NCBI GenBank assembly: GCA_965659685.1
Contig: CBFHXB010000004.1
Coordinates: forward strand, 14,917 to 78,916
DNA length: 64,000 bases
Direction of reading: 5' to 3'
Origin: Candidatus Poseidoniaceae archaeon
GTDB taxonomy: Archaea; Thermoplasmatota; Poseidoniia; Poseidoniales; Poseidoniaceae
Within the stretch, counting starts at the first letter, position 1. The number at the start of each line of letters is the position of its first letter. Position numbers and translations under genes: made by a program. The notes beneath the pieces were generated by a model. That model had not been told where the DNA came from, did no database searches, and was given only the letters and a program-made list of their open reading frames with translations. Positions 28,401 through 35,931 of the stretch are shown in pieces.

Positions 28401-31237
28401 CGCATGATGCCCCATTGGTACTCGCAAATGTTGGCCAGACCGTCACGGTCTGCGTCCCAAAGTGCGTCCTCGGCCCGCATTGGGTCGAGCGTCCAGTTGT
28501 TGCCTCCGTCGAAGGTGGTGCCGACCCAACGTCGGTGTTCAATCTCCCAGCCGTCCGGCATACCGTCTCCGTCTGAATCTGGATTGGTTGGGTCGGTGGA
28601 AGCATCCGTGGGTGCATTCTGGACGTACGTGAGGTTGGCCGCTGCGCCGACGTCGCTGTCGCATTGGTAGACCATTTGGAAGTCATAGTGGCACCACAAG
28701 GTGGTCGTGGAAAGGTGGAACGCGTGCACTTCAGCACCGTCGGTGGCCCCGTCCATGTCCGTGTCGGGGTTCGAAGGATCGGTGCTGTCGTAGCCGTCTT
28801 CGGTCAGGGCGATGTAGCGGTATTCGTCGAGGTTGCTCCAAAGGCGGTCGTCAGCAAATCCGTCGAGATCCTTGTCGAGGCCGTCTCCGTCAGGATCCAA
28901 CACCGCGTCCCAAGGATCGGTCGGGTCCAACCCGTAGATCAACTCCCACCCGTCGGTCATCCCGTCAAAGTCAGAGTCGTTGCTTACAGGCGACATCAGG
29001 GCTTGGTTGGAAAAGCGGCCGGGTGCCGCGCCACCAAGGACGCGCAACACGCCGTCCACTTCGACGGTGGCCAGCGAAGCGAGTTCTCCCGGAAGCAAGG
29101 CTTGGTCGCGAGCGCCGTAGGTGGCATCGCGACCGCCGTCGACGACCCACAGGCCCCATGCGCTGCCGATCAAGATGGCATCGTCGAGCACGAGCACGCT
29201 GTGAACGTCGTCAGCCCCGACGACAGAGCGACCGTCTTCTCCCGGATGAACCAAATCACTGCCGTGGGAAATCGTCAGGGTGCGGAGATCCATCCGATGC
29301 AGGCCTGAGGGCATCGCCATCCACATGGTGTCGAGTTGGTCAGGACCTGCGCCATCGAGCACGAGGTCACGGACCTCGGCTGGCGCATCACCGACGTTGG
29401 CTCCAATCGGGCGGAGTGGGTCGAGGTTTCGTTCCACCACCGTCGCTTCAAAGGCGAAGTGGAAGAGCCATGTTCCGTTGAGAACCGGGTCACGAGCAGA
29501 GGCCGTTTCAAAGACGACCAGCCCGCGGTCGGTGCCCACGAAGAGGGTCGGGACACCGTCGATGCCAGGGGCTTGTGCGAGGGACGTAACCGTCGCGTTG
29601 GTGCTCGAGAGGGAGGCTTCGATGCCGGGACTGAGGCCCCCAAGAACGTCGCCGGTTGGACGCAGGTCAGTCCCGATGGTCCAGACGCCACCTTCACCGT
29701 TGGTGCCGAGGGCAAGCACGTGAAGGCTGGAACCGTCAAGGTCCAAGACCAGCGCTCGCTCAAGGCTCGGTCCGCCCAAGGAGCTCCACGTTTCCATGGG
29801 AGCAAGGCTGCCGTCTTGGAGAAGTGGAACGATCTGAAGGCCGTCGTTGGACGTCACTGCAAAACCGGCCAACGCTCCGTCGACAAAGAGGGGTTCCATG
29901 TCCGTCAAGCGGGTCGCGTGAGGCCACCACACGTCGGTGCTCGTGTCCTCGTCCACCGCCCAATGCGTGATGCCGTGGCGCATCAGCACGTAGACGTCCT
30001 GATCGTTCACGTGCAAGCCTCGCACGTCGTGGTGCAAGGTCGCCACGTTGGCCGTCGGAGAGGCCAAACGCACAGGGACTTCGACCCATGTGTCGTCGTC
30101 TCCAAAGGCGACGTGCTTCAAACCGGAGCGGACGACGTTACCGTCGTCGTTGTAGACGAGGTACTCCTCGTAAGAAGAAAGCGCCTCGCCAAGGGACACA
30201 CCGGTCTCGGTCGTCACCGGATCGCCGGTGACGAATCCGTCGCGGTCTTCGTCCCATCCGTCCTGATCAACGTCAATGAGCGCGTTTGAACGGTTGAGCG
30301 GATCGAGGCCGAAATGAACTTCCCAACCGTCCGGAAGGCCGTCACCAAAGGAGGGGAAGGTCCTCCCGAGGCTGACACCGTTCCATGCGCGATGGTCGCT
30401 GTCCCCGTTCATCGGGTTCGTGCCGAGCCAAAGGTCCTCGTCAAAGGTCCCGGTGCTGTTCGTCGTGCACGCAGCGAGGAGGTTGGCAAAAGTCATGTTG
30501 GCCGACGTCGAGATGTACGGCCAATCGTCGAAGGGACCGCCATCGGGGAGGCTTGCAACGCACCACAAGCCGTCCAACTCGTCCACGTGGAAGGGTGGCA
30601 TCCCATGCCGGTATTCTTCCGCCGAGGTGTACCGTTCGTTCTCGTCGATGATGCCGTTCCGGTCGACGTCAAACCCGTCTTCATCGGGATCTTCGTCCGC
30701 TTCACTGGCGTTGAGCGGGTCAAAGCGGGGGCATCGGAAGACCAGGTCATTGGCGTTGAATCCGCCGGTCTGCAAGCACATCCATGCCTCAAAGCCGTCT
30801 GGAAGACCGTCGCCGTCGGTATCGGACACGCGAGGATCGAGGTACTTGCGCTCACCGTTTTCATCAAGCAAACCGGTCAGGCCACGAGGGAAGCCCGGTT
30901 GGGTGCAGTTCGCGGGATACGGCCAACAATATTCCTCGGTGGCGTTCAAGCCGTCCCGGTCCAAGTCATACTTTGCATCGCGAGCATCGTCACGATCAAG
31001 GCCGGGGATGACGATGTTTCGGCCGTCCGCCGTGGTCTGGTTCACCCAGTCCTCGAAGAGGTTCTCGTGGACGTCGGGAATGAAGTCACCGTCGCTGTCG
31101 GTCACAGGCGGCGCCTCACCGGTGGCTTCGTTCGGGTTGTTGGAGGCCACCGGGGACAACGCAGGAAACTGCGACATGAAAAGGAGACCAGCAACCACGG
31201 CCAAGGTGATGAGCAGGGTGCTCTGACTTCGACGCAT
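25484..31237 (-). CDS. Giant (~1917 aa) calcium-binding repeat protein (bacterial TSP3-like DxDxDG repeats) with beta-propeller-like insert
   Basis: N-terminal hydrophobic anchor; at least 12 DxDxDGxxDG[WF]E units alternating with DxDxDG...EY units; repeat-free propeller-like block at ~29000-30110; start ATG 31237 or GTG 31258. Confidence 0.8.
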   Translation of the reverse strand: MRRSQSTLLITLAVVAGLLFMSQFPALSPVASNNPNEATGEAPPVTDSDGDFIPDVHENLFEDWVNQTTADGRNIVIPGLDRDDARDAKYDLDRDGLNATEEYCWPYPANCTQPGFPRGLTGLLDENGERKYLDPRVSDTDGDGLPDGFEAWMCLQTGGFNANDLVFRCPRFDPLNASEADEDPDEDGFDVDRNGIIDENERYTSAEEYRHGMPPFHVDELDGLWCVASLPDGGPFDDWPYISTSANMTFANLLAACTTNSTGTFDEDLWLGTNPMNGDSDHRAWNGVSLGRTFPSFGDGLPDGWEVHFGLDPLNRSNALIDVDQDGWDEDRDGFVTGDPVTTETGVSLGEALSSYEEYLVYNDDGNVVRSGLKHVAFGDDDTWVEVPVRLASPTANVATLHHDVRGLHVNDQDVYVLMRHGITHWAVDEDTSTDVWWPHATRLTDMEPLFVDGALAGFAVTSNDGLQIVPLLQDGSLAPMETWSSLGGPSLERALVLDLDGSSLHVLALGTNGEGGVWTIGTDLRPTGDVLGGLSPGIEASLSSTNATVTSLAQAPGIDGVPTLFVGTDRGLVVFETASARDPVLNGTWLFHFAFEATVVERNLDPLRPIGANVGDAPAEVRDLVLDGAGPDQLDTMWMAMPSGLHRMDLRTLTISHGSDLVHPGEDGRSVVGADDVHSVLVLDDAILIGSAWGLWVVDGGRDATYGARDQALLPGELASLATVEVDGVLRVLGGAAPGRFSNQALMSPVSNDSDFDGMTDGWELIYGLDPTDPWDAVLDPDGDGLDKDLDGFADDRLWSNLDEYRYIALTEDGYDSTDPSNPDTDMDGATDGAEVHAFHLSTTTLWCHYDFQMVYQCDSDVGAAANLTYVQNAPTDASTDPTNPDSDGDGMPDGWEIEHRRWVGTTFDGGNNWTLDPMRAEDALWDADRDGLANICEYQWGIMRNFALNGDLVDTHGESPEAAASWVDADPNNPDSDGDTMTDGWEAGGLCSYDATRVGVNPLNGSDALGNPDGDGFDVNLDGVLSPGEAYVNWLEFHLKDLDVVNGAVTFGEFVVPEGLNLSLLEGMLLGDEPAHGFIDDADLATLATAVPTAVGSTDPLDTDSDDDGMPDGWEIHFARWAVLDDRWTLNPIDRTDRFLDADADGMTNWEEYNAIDPALNELDAIQSSPQFFVTTIGTAPALQQWPIIIVSESFGSFVSDAVLNASGPTADPNNPDTDGDGIIDGMEVLFTAWNTSAQTWTLNPLVPDDGDFDADGDGLLDRQELALAFEQPDNGEVHPADAPLFHIDGDNQQPTEKGQRIFRILIDKDTRGKRYLADFNSWQQGEVPSEFISFLMGLSDPTNSDTDDDGMHDGFEYWFTSWDLEENRWGMNPLIDSDVNLDSDGDSWDCNGDGLIDLNETFSNLREWESSTWGKYNARFTVPVEVGVVTFGEDAMSAYMSEAGLSAFFARAALYDDFVAKGPESADRMLAINSLDSNNFNRTLLGVADPTHPDSDSDGLPDGWEYCYARYDMPDPSTALRWAANPLNPFDVHHDGDSDGWYDRTSFDIPAPLGSWSDRAFTATGETVQQGVGDLPFTNWMEYENGTRPDLNDTDGDSVAYLTTVENGQVVWHERDYNLTDGREVFKYGTNPMDNDTDGDMIPDWYEHAKGWNETNDNYSSWLEIRVQWIDTTTGGACNTDTNSCRPLSIDSGSLARPNLAFTWFTMDPRDAADANQDHDQDGNWDCSGAGCVYTPYTAFQEFYAITDPVLSSPNAVRLAGLVHNGEGITEGWQLRAHLLGLGAWDENVRNYLKMDQLGNSDQRFVYILDDKDQDFLIIDQSDDEVLAAGNRTDAWDIFYTGSPQTSPVRSVGEHELGWYLVDLDDDHVAEGSDPMNWDTDGDWVVDWFEVNDDERDGARGDSSPLRYDSRLTS

Positions 31238-31368
31238 GCTGAACCCTCTGCCGAGCACGCTCGACGCTTTGTTTCCCCTCTGCGACGCTTAAGAGGGTGG
31301 TGGAGCGGTGTTCCGACGATGCCACGACCGCGAGGTTCATTGACGCCCGCCGACGGCCCAACCAAAGC

Positions 31369-32205
31369 ATGAGCCTCCGCATCACACACCTTGGTTCAGG
31401 GAGCAAGGGGAATTCCACCTTGCTCGAGACCGAGCACGTGCGCGTGTTGGTCGACCAAGGGTTCAGCGGTGCGTCCCTTGAACGCAGGCTGAAGTTGCTC
31501 AACCTTCACCCAACCGACGTGGACGCCATCCTCGTGACACATCACCATGGCGATCACGGCGGTGGCGCGCTCATCGCTCAACGTCGCTGGGGCTTGTGCG
31601 TCCACGCCAACGATCGCACTGCAGACGAATTGGGCTTGATCCACGACCTCTGGCAACCCTTCGTTTCCCTCGAAGCCATCCAACTCGGACCAGATCTGGC
31701 GGTCCTTCCCGTCCCGGTCCCTCACAGCGGTGCGGACAACGTCGCATTCATTGCCAGCCACCAGGGCCAGCGTGCAGCCTTCATCACCGACCTTGGTTCG
31801 TGGACGGACGAACTCGTGCGCTATGTCCGGGGTTGCGAACACATTTCGGTCGAGGCGAACTACGACGACCGATTGCTGCAAGGCGGCCCCTATCCGCGAC
31901 GCCTGAAAGAGCGAATCAGCGGCCGAGGAGGTCACCTGTCCAACGACCAAACGGGTGCTTTCCTGGCCGAAGTCGTCACCGAGGCGACCACGTCCATCAC
32001 CCTCACCCACCTTTCGGACATGAACAACCGGCCCCACCTGGCCGAATCCACGGTGCTGTACCACCTCGACGAACGATTCCAAGGCGACATTCGACTTTCG
32101 CTTCAAGACGGGCCTGAATTCAGCATCTTTCTCGGTGATGCCGCGACGGTCAACAAGGATGCAGAAGGCCATCCCACGCCCAGCCTGCAACGTGAAGGCT
32201 CATAG
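31369..32205 (+). CDS. MBL-fold metallo-hydrolase (YycJ/WalJ/PhnP-like)
   Basis: LGSGSKGNST, VDQG, THHHGDH, PVPH, TDLG, EANYD, GHLSN, HLSDMNN. Confidence 0.9.
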   Translation: MSLRITHLGSGSKGNSTLLETEHVRVLVDQGFSGASLERRLKLLNLHPTDVDAILVTHHHGDHGGGALIAQRRWGLCVHANDRTADELGLIHDLWQPFVSLEAIQLGPDLAVLPVPVPHSGADNVAFIASHQGQRAAFITDLGSWTDELVRYVRGCEHISVEANYDDRLLQGGPYPRRLKERISGRGGHLSNDQTGAFLAEVVTEATTSITLTHLSDMNNRPHLAESTVLYHLDERFQGDIRLSLQDGPEFSIFLGDAATVNKDAEGHPTPSLQREGS

Positions 32206-32228
32206 ACGGATGCAGCGGTCCTCCGTCC

Positions 32229-33281
32229 ATGGACGCCCGCCTCCGACGTGCGGACCGTCCGTTCCGGGACGAGCACGCGGTCAGCGAAGTCCTCGGCGTC
32301 ATCATGCTGCTCGCCATGGTGATGACCATCATGGCTGGCGTCATTGCCTTCCTCCAGCCCTACCTCACCGATTTTGAGGACAACGTCAACTGGAAGAGCG
32401 CGAACGGCATCGCCGACCGGCTCGACGACAGGCTGGCCGTCGCCGGAGCCTCCCCAGAAGACGTTGGTGTGCGCACCACCTTTGCCATGCAATCCACGGA
32501 AATCCAGCCGCTCGACTTCATCGAGACGTGGAAGATTGAGGCCGACCTTTCCCCGAACGACGCCATCGTCATCGATCGCGTGGATGAATCGTCCTTCACC
32601 GTGAGCATGCAAAACGGCACCGCTCGCTCCGTGAGCATCACGACACCCCTCGGGACGCAATCTCACGTGGTGAGTTTGGCCAACGCGACCGAACCAATTG
32701 AGCACGACGTCGGTTCCGAGCACTGGTCGATCATCACCGTCTACGACGCGGACGACCGGCCCATCCATCGTTCGGTCACGTGGATCCTCTCTGGTTTGGA
32801 AGTCAGCACCGAACTTGGTCAGGGCGACCACAGCATTGCGATGGTGAACCACGGGCGTGCAGAACGCTTTGGCGATCAGTCGTGGGACCTTCAGCAGACC
32901 CCACTCGTTCACCTTGACACCCTCGTCAACGGCGAAGTGCGCCTGACCATGGCCTTGCGGGACGTGACCACCACGGGAAGCATCGGCAGTGGACGGGTTC
33001 CGTTGGACTTCGTCTCCCTTGGCGGCCTCACGGTGTTCTCAGAGGAAGTGTGGAACCTGAGGTTCACCATGCGCAACATCGTCGATCAAATCGTCACACC
33101 ACAAATCCACGACGCGTGGTTGACCGATTACACCCTGAACCGCGCCGCAGGCACCCTTGACGAACACGTTGGCATCAGCCCGTGGTTGCGTGCCTCTGGC
33201 ACCGATGGATTCACCGTGGAAACGGCGGGTGCCCCCTTGCACTTCGAACTCGATGTCGCTCGTGTTGAGGTGAGGCGTTGA
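32229..33281 (+). CDS. Type IV pilin-like protein (class III signal peptide), 350 aa
   Basis: RDEHA|VSEVLGVIMLLAMVMTIMAGVIAF: charged leader, A|VS cleavage-like site, hydrophobic helix. Confidence 0.7.
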   Translation: MDARLRRADRPFRDEHAVSEVLGVIMLLAMVMTIMAGVIAFLQPYLTDFEDNVNWKSANGIADRLDDRLAVAGASPEDVGVRTTFAMQSTEIQPLDFIETWKIEADLSPNDAIVIDRVDESSFTVSMQNGTARSVSITTPLGTQSHVVSLANATEPIEHDVGSEHWSIITVYDADDRPIHRSVTWILSGLEVSTELGQGDHSIAMVNHGRAERFGDQSWDLQQTPLVHLDTLVNGEVRLTMALRDVTTTGSIGSGRVPLDFVSLGGLTVFSEEVWNLRFTMRNIVDQIVTPQIHDAWLTDYTLNRAAGTLDEHVGISPWLRASGTDGFTVETAGAPLHFELDVARVEVRR

Positions 33282-35452
33282 ACCTTCAGCGTGAAGACGA
33301 GGCCGTGTCCTCGACGATCGCCACCGTCCTCCTCTTCGGAGGTGTGGTCAGCATCATTGGCATGATGATGGCTTCGATGATGCCCGTCATCCTCGAAATG
33401 CAGGGCTCCATCGAGCGCAACGACATGGCCTCGCAGATGGGGCTGTTGGCGCAGCGGGCGGATTCCCTTGCCGAAACCGGCATGCCTGGCGATGCAGCCC
33501 ATGTTGAAATCCGACCGATTGACGGTGAACTCCGCTGGGACGAAACCGCCAGCGGCATGTGGTACTCCGCAACGTGGGCAGAATCGCACACGCTGCGTTC
33601 GCGCGGGCTGTTGGACTTTGATGCTGAATTCGACGTCCGCCATCAAGAATCCGAGACCACGGCGGTGTGCTTGGACGACTTGAGGCTCGGCGCAGATCGC
33701 CCCTTCCACTACACGACCCCTGCATGGGTCGAAGCGATGGTCATCACCGTCACCCCTGGTGTTGCTGAAACACTTGGACCGGTCAAGGTCAAACCGACGG
33801 ACGGAGGGAGCGACCTGGCCTTGCGGGCCGGGGATGTCGTGACCTTGGACCCCGCCCCCGCAGGCTTGGCCGCCAACGCCGCACTGACCGTCCTCTACCT
33901 TCGAGGCGACGGCGGAGCTTTCCTGGCAACACCAAGCGACGAGGACCCCATCGACGGCACGGGCCGTGCTTGGACTGTACCCTTGCCTCAGGGCCTCCAC
34001 GAGGTGCACATGAGTTCCTCTGAACGTTCGATGATCGATTGGGACATCGCTGGCGAACGCGACCGCGTCATCATGAGCGAGACGTCCCAAGCAGAAGTCG
34101 CGCATGGGGCGACGCTGACCCTCAACCTCACGGCCCCTTCCCTCTTGCACCTCACCAGCAGCGCACCGGCGGACATGGTGGTTCACCTCGACCACGAGCA
34201 AGCACACGGGCGCGTCCCGCTCAACGCCCATGCCGGTCCACTGATGGGCACACGCTTCCTACCACCTGACGCCCATGGCAGCCTGCTCTTGACCAACCCT
34301 GGCACCGAACCCGTGACCGTCACGTGGCGAGGCGACGGGCGGACGGTCACCGGAGGAAGCCACGTCAGCGTGGACTGGCCGCCAGCAGGCGCCCAAGGAC
34401 CGGCTTGGCTGACGGCACAAGCCAACATCGCAGTCACGTGGATTGCTGGAAACGGTACGGCCGACGGCGTTCGGCTTCTTCCTGCAGGCGACACGGGTGG
34501 GCCTTCCGGATCCTTCTTCGACGTGCAGGACTCGGCGTTCACCCAGCACGAAGTGCTGCTTTCTGGCGTCCGAAGCACGGTGCACGCAAACAACAGCAAC
34601 ACCTCGCTCGACGTGGAGGCGAACACGTCCTTCGTCATCGACACGGTACAAAGCGCCAGAATCAACGCGACGGAGCACGGCATCCGCGCGACCGAAATCG
34701 TCGGCGCCCACGGCGCATCCATCGCGCTTCACGACGGCGAAGGACGCTGCATGGCCGTCGGGGTCGAAGCCAGCGGATGGGTTCGCTTGGACCTACCGTG
34801 GAGCCCCACCGTTGGATTTGAACCGCAAGATCAAGCCGCTTCATGGCGATCAGGCGTGCATCCCTCAGGAATCGAAATGCGCGTGTATGGTATGGTCGAC
34901 ACCGACGAACTCCACCCCATCGGTAGCGTCTACGCCGTTCACCTCTCTCGTTTGCAATACGCCTTCCAATCGTCCATCATTGGCATGGAAGTGGCCTACG
35001 CGGGCGGCGCGGTCATGACCAACCATCCTGAGTTTGAGCCCCTCGTGTTGCGTGCTCCGGCAGACCGGGGAGGACCGGGTCCTCGGTTTGCGGCCACAAT
35101 TCCGGCCATGCATCCAAGCGTCAACAGCCCGGAAGGATCGGGGGCAGTGGACCTGACCATGACCCTCCAATCCCGTGACGTCATGGCCTCAGCCCCCGCC
35201 CATGAGGTTCGACGAGGGTGGACCGGACCGTACGGAGCTGCGGTCGCTGAAGGTGGCTCATACGCGCTCGAAGGAAGTGCAGATTGGACCGTGTACCCCG
35301 GCCGACTCGACCTGCTCAACGACTACGTGGGTTGGGTCCCAGACCCTGCCCTTGGCACCACAGAATCCGTGTGGCACACCGGTGGGGAAGCCGTTCAGTT
35401 CTCCTTGCAGATTGCCCTCATCGAAGTCAGCATGCGGGAGGTGAACGTGTGA
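33278..35452 (+). CDS. Large type IV pilin-like / adhesin protein (class III signal peptide), 724 aa
   Basis: REDEA|VSSTIATVLLFGGVVSIIGMMM; TTGA overlap with the upstream gene; beta-rich body. Confidence 0.7.
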   Translation: MNLQREDEAVSSTIATVLLFGGVVSIIGMMMASMMPVILEMQGSIERNDMASQMGLLAQRADSLAETGMPGDAAHVEIRPIDGELRWDETASGMWYSATWAESHTLRSRGLLDFDAEFDVRHQESETTAVCLDDLRLGADRPFHYTTPAWVEAMVITVTPGVAETLGPVKVKPTDGGSDLALRAGDVVTLDPAPAGLAANAALTVLYLRGDGGAFLATPSDEDPIDGTGRAWTVPLPQGLHEVHMSSSERSMIDWDIAGERDRVIMSETSQAEVAHGATLTLNLTAPSLLHLTSSAPADMVVHLDHEQAHGRVPLNAHAGPLMGTRFLPPDAHGSLLLTNPGTEPVTVTWRGDGRTVTGGSHVSVDWPPAGAQGPAWLTAQANIAVTWIAGNGTADGVRLLPAGDTGGPSGSFFDVQDSAFTQHEVLLSGVRSTVHANNSNTSLDVEANTSFVIDTVQSARINATEHGIRATEIVGAHGASIALHDGEGRCMAVGVEASGWVRLDLPWSPTVGFEPQDQAASWRSGVHPSGIEMRVYGMVDTDELHPIGSVYAVHLSRLQYAFQSSIIGMEVAYAGGAVMTNHPEFEPLVLRAPADRGGPGPRFAATIPAMHPSVNSPEGSGAVDLTMTLQSRDVMASAPAHEVRRGWTGPYGAAVAEGGSYALEGSADWTVYPGRLDLLNDYVGWVPDPALGTTESVWHTGGEAVQFSLQIALIEVSMREVNV

Positions 35453-35931
35453 ACCGTCTTCGGCATGACGAGGCGGGCGCGGCCACCGAAATTGGCTATG
35501 TCTTCACCTTCCTGCTCGGCGTCGTGTTGTTGTCCGTGTTCGGTGTGTGGGCCTATGGCATCGAGACCGCCACGCGCGAGCGTTGGAACAACGCCGCCAT
35601 TCAGGCCAACCTCGACGACGTCGCCGAAGCGGTGGAACGTGCAGACGACGCCGCACGCCTCGACCCAGGGATGCGCTATGTTGAGCGGGTGGATTGGCGT
35701 CCCTCCGAAGCCGATGAGACGACGATGACGCTCGTGCTCCAACAAGACCTGTTGCGGCTTGACCACGCGACGGGAGATCTCGATGCCGAAGTCCTGCTCT
35801 CTGGCCTTGGACCTGCGGTGCACGAGGGCGAACTGACGCTCGCAGGCACCAACGCGGTGTGGGTCATCTACGATGCCGGCACAACGTCGATCGCGTTGAT
35901 CCCGCCTTTGGACACGCTCAGCGGTTCATGA
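35449..35931 (+). CDS. Small type IV pilin-like protein (~160 aa)
   Basis: GTG 35449 (GTGA overlap, GGAGGTG RBS): RHDEAG|AATEIGYVFTFLLGVVLLSVF. Confidence 0.65.
   Translation: MNRLRHDEAGAATEIGYVFTFLLGVVLLSVFGVWAYGIETATRERWNNAAIQANLDDVAEAVERADDAARLDPGMRYVERVDWRPSEADETTMTLVLQQDLLRLDHATGDLDAEVLLSGLGPAVHEGELTLAGTNAVWVIYDAGTTSIALIPPLDTLSGS

Noticed and set aside
25484-31237. Recurrent similar DNA segments (e.g. CCGTCCGGCATACCGTC) suggesting a CRISPR or DNA repeat array
   Set aside because: They encode the DGxPDGWE protein repeats in frame, with irregular long spacing and synonymous variation
32224-32235. Perfect 12-bp palindrome CGTCCATGGACG over the first pilin-like start codon
   Set aside because: A rough estimate gives about 20 such palindromes by chance in 64 kb at this GC content, and there is no second copy to support an operator
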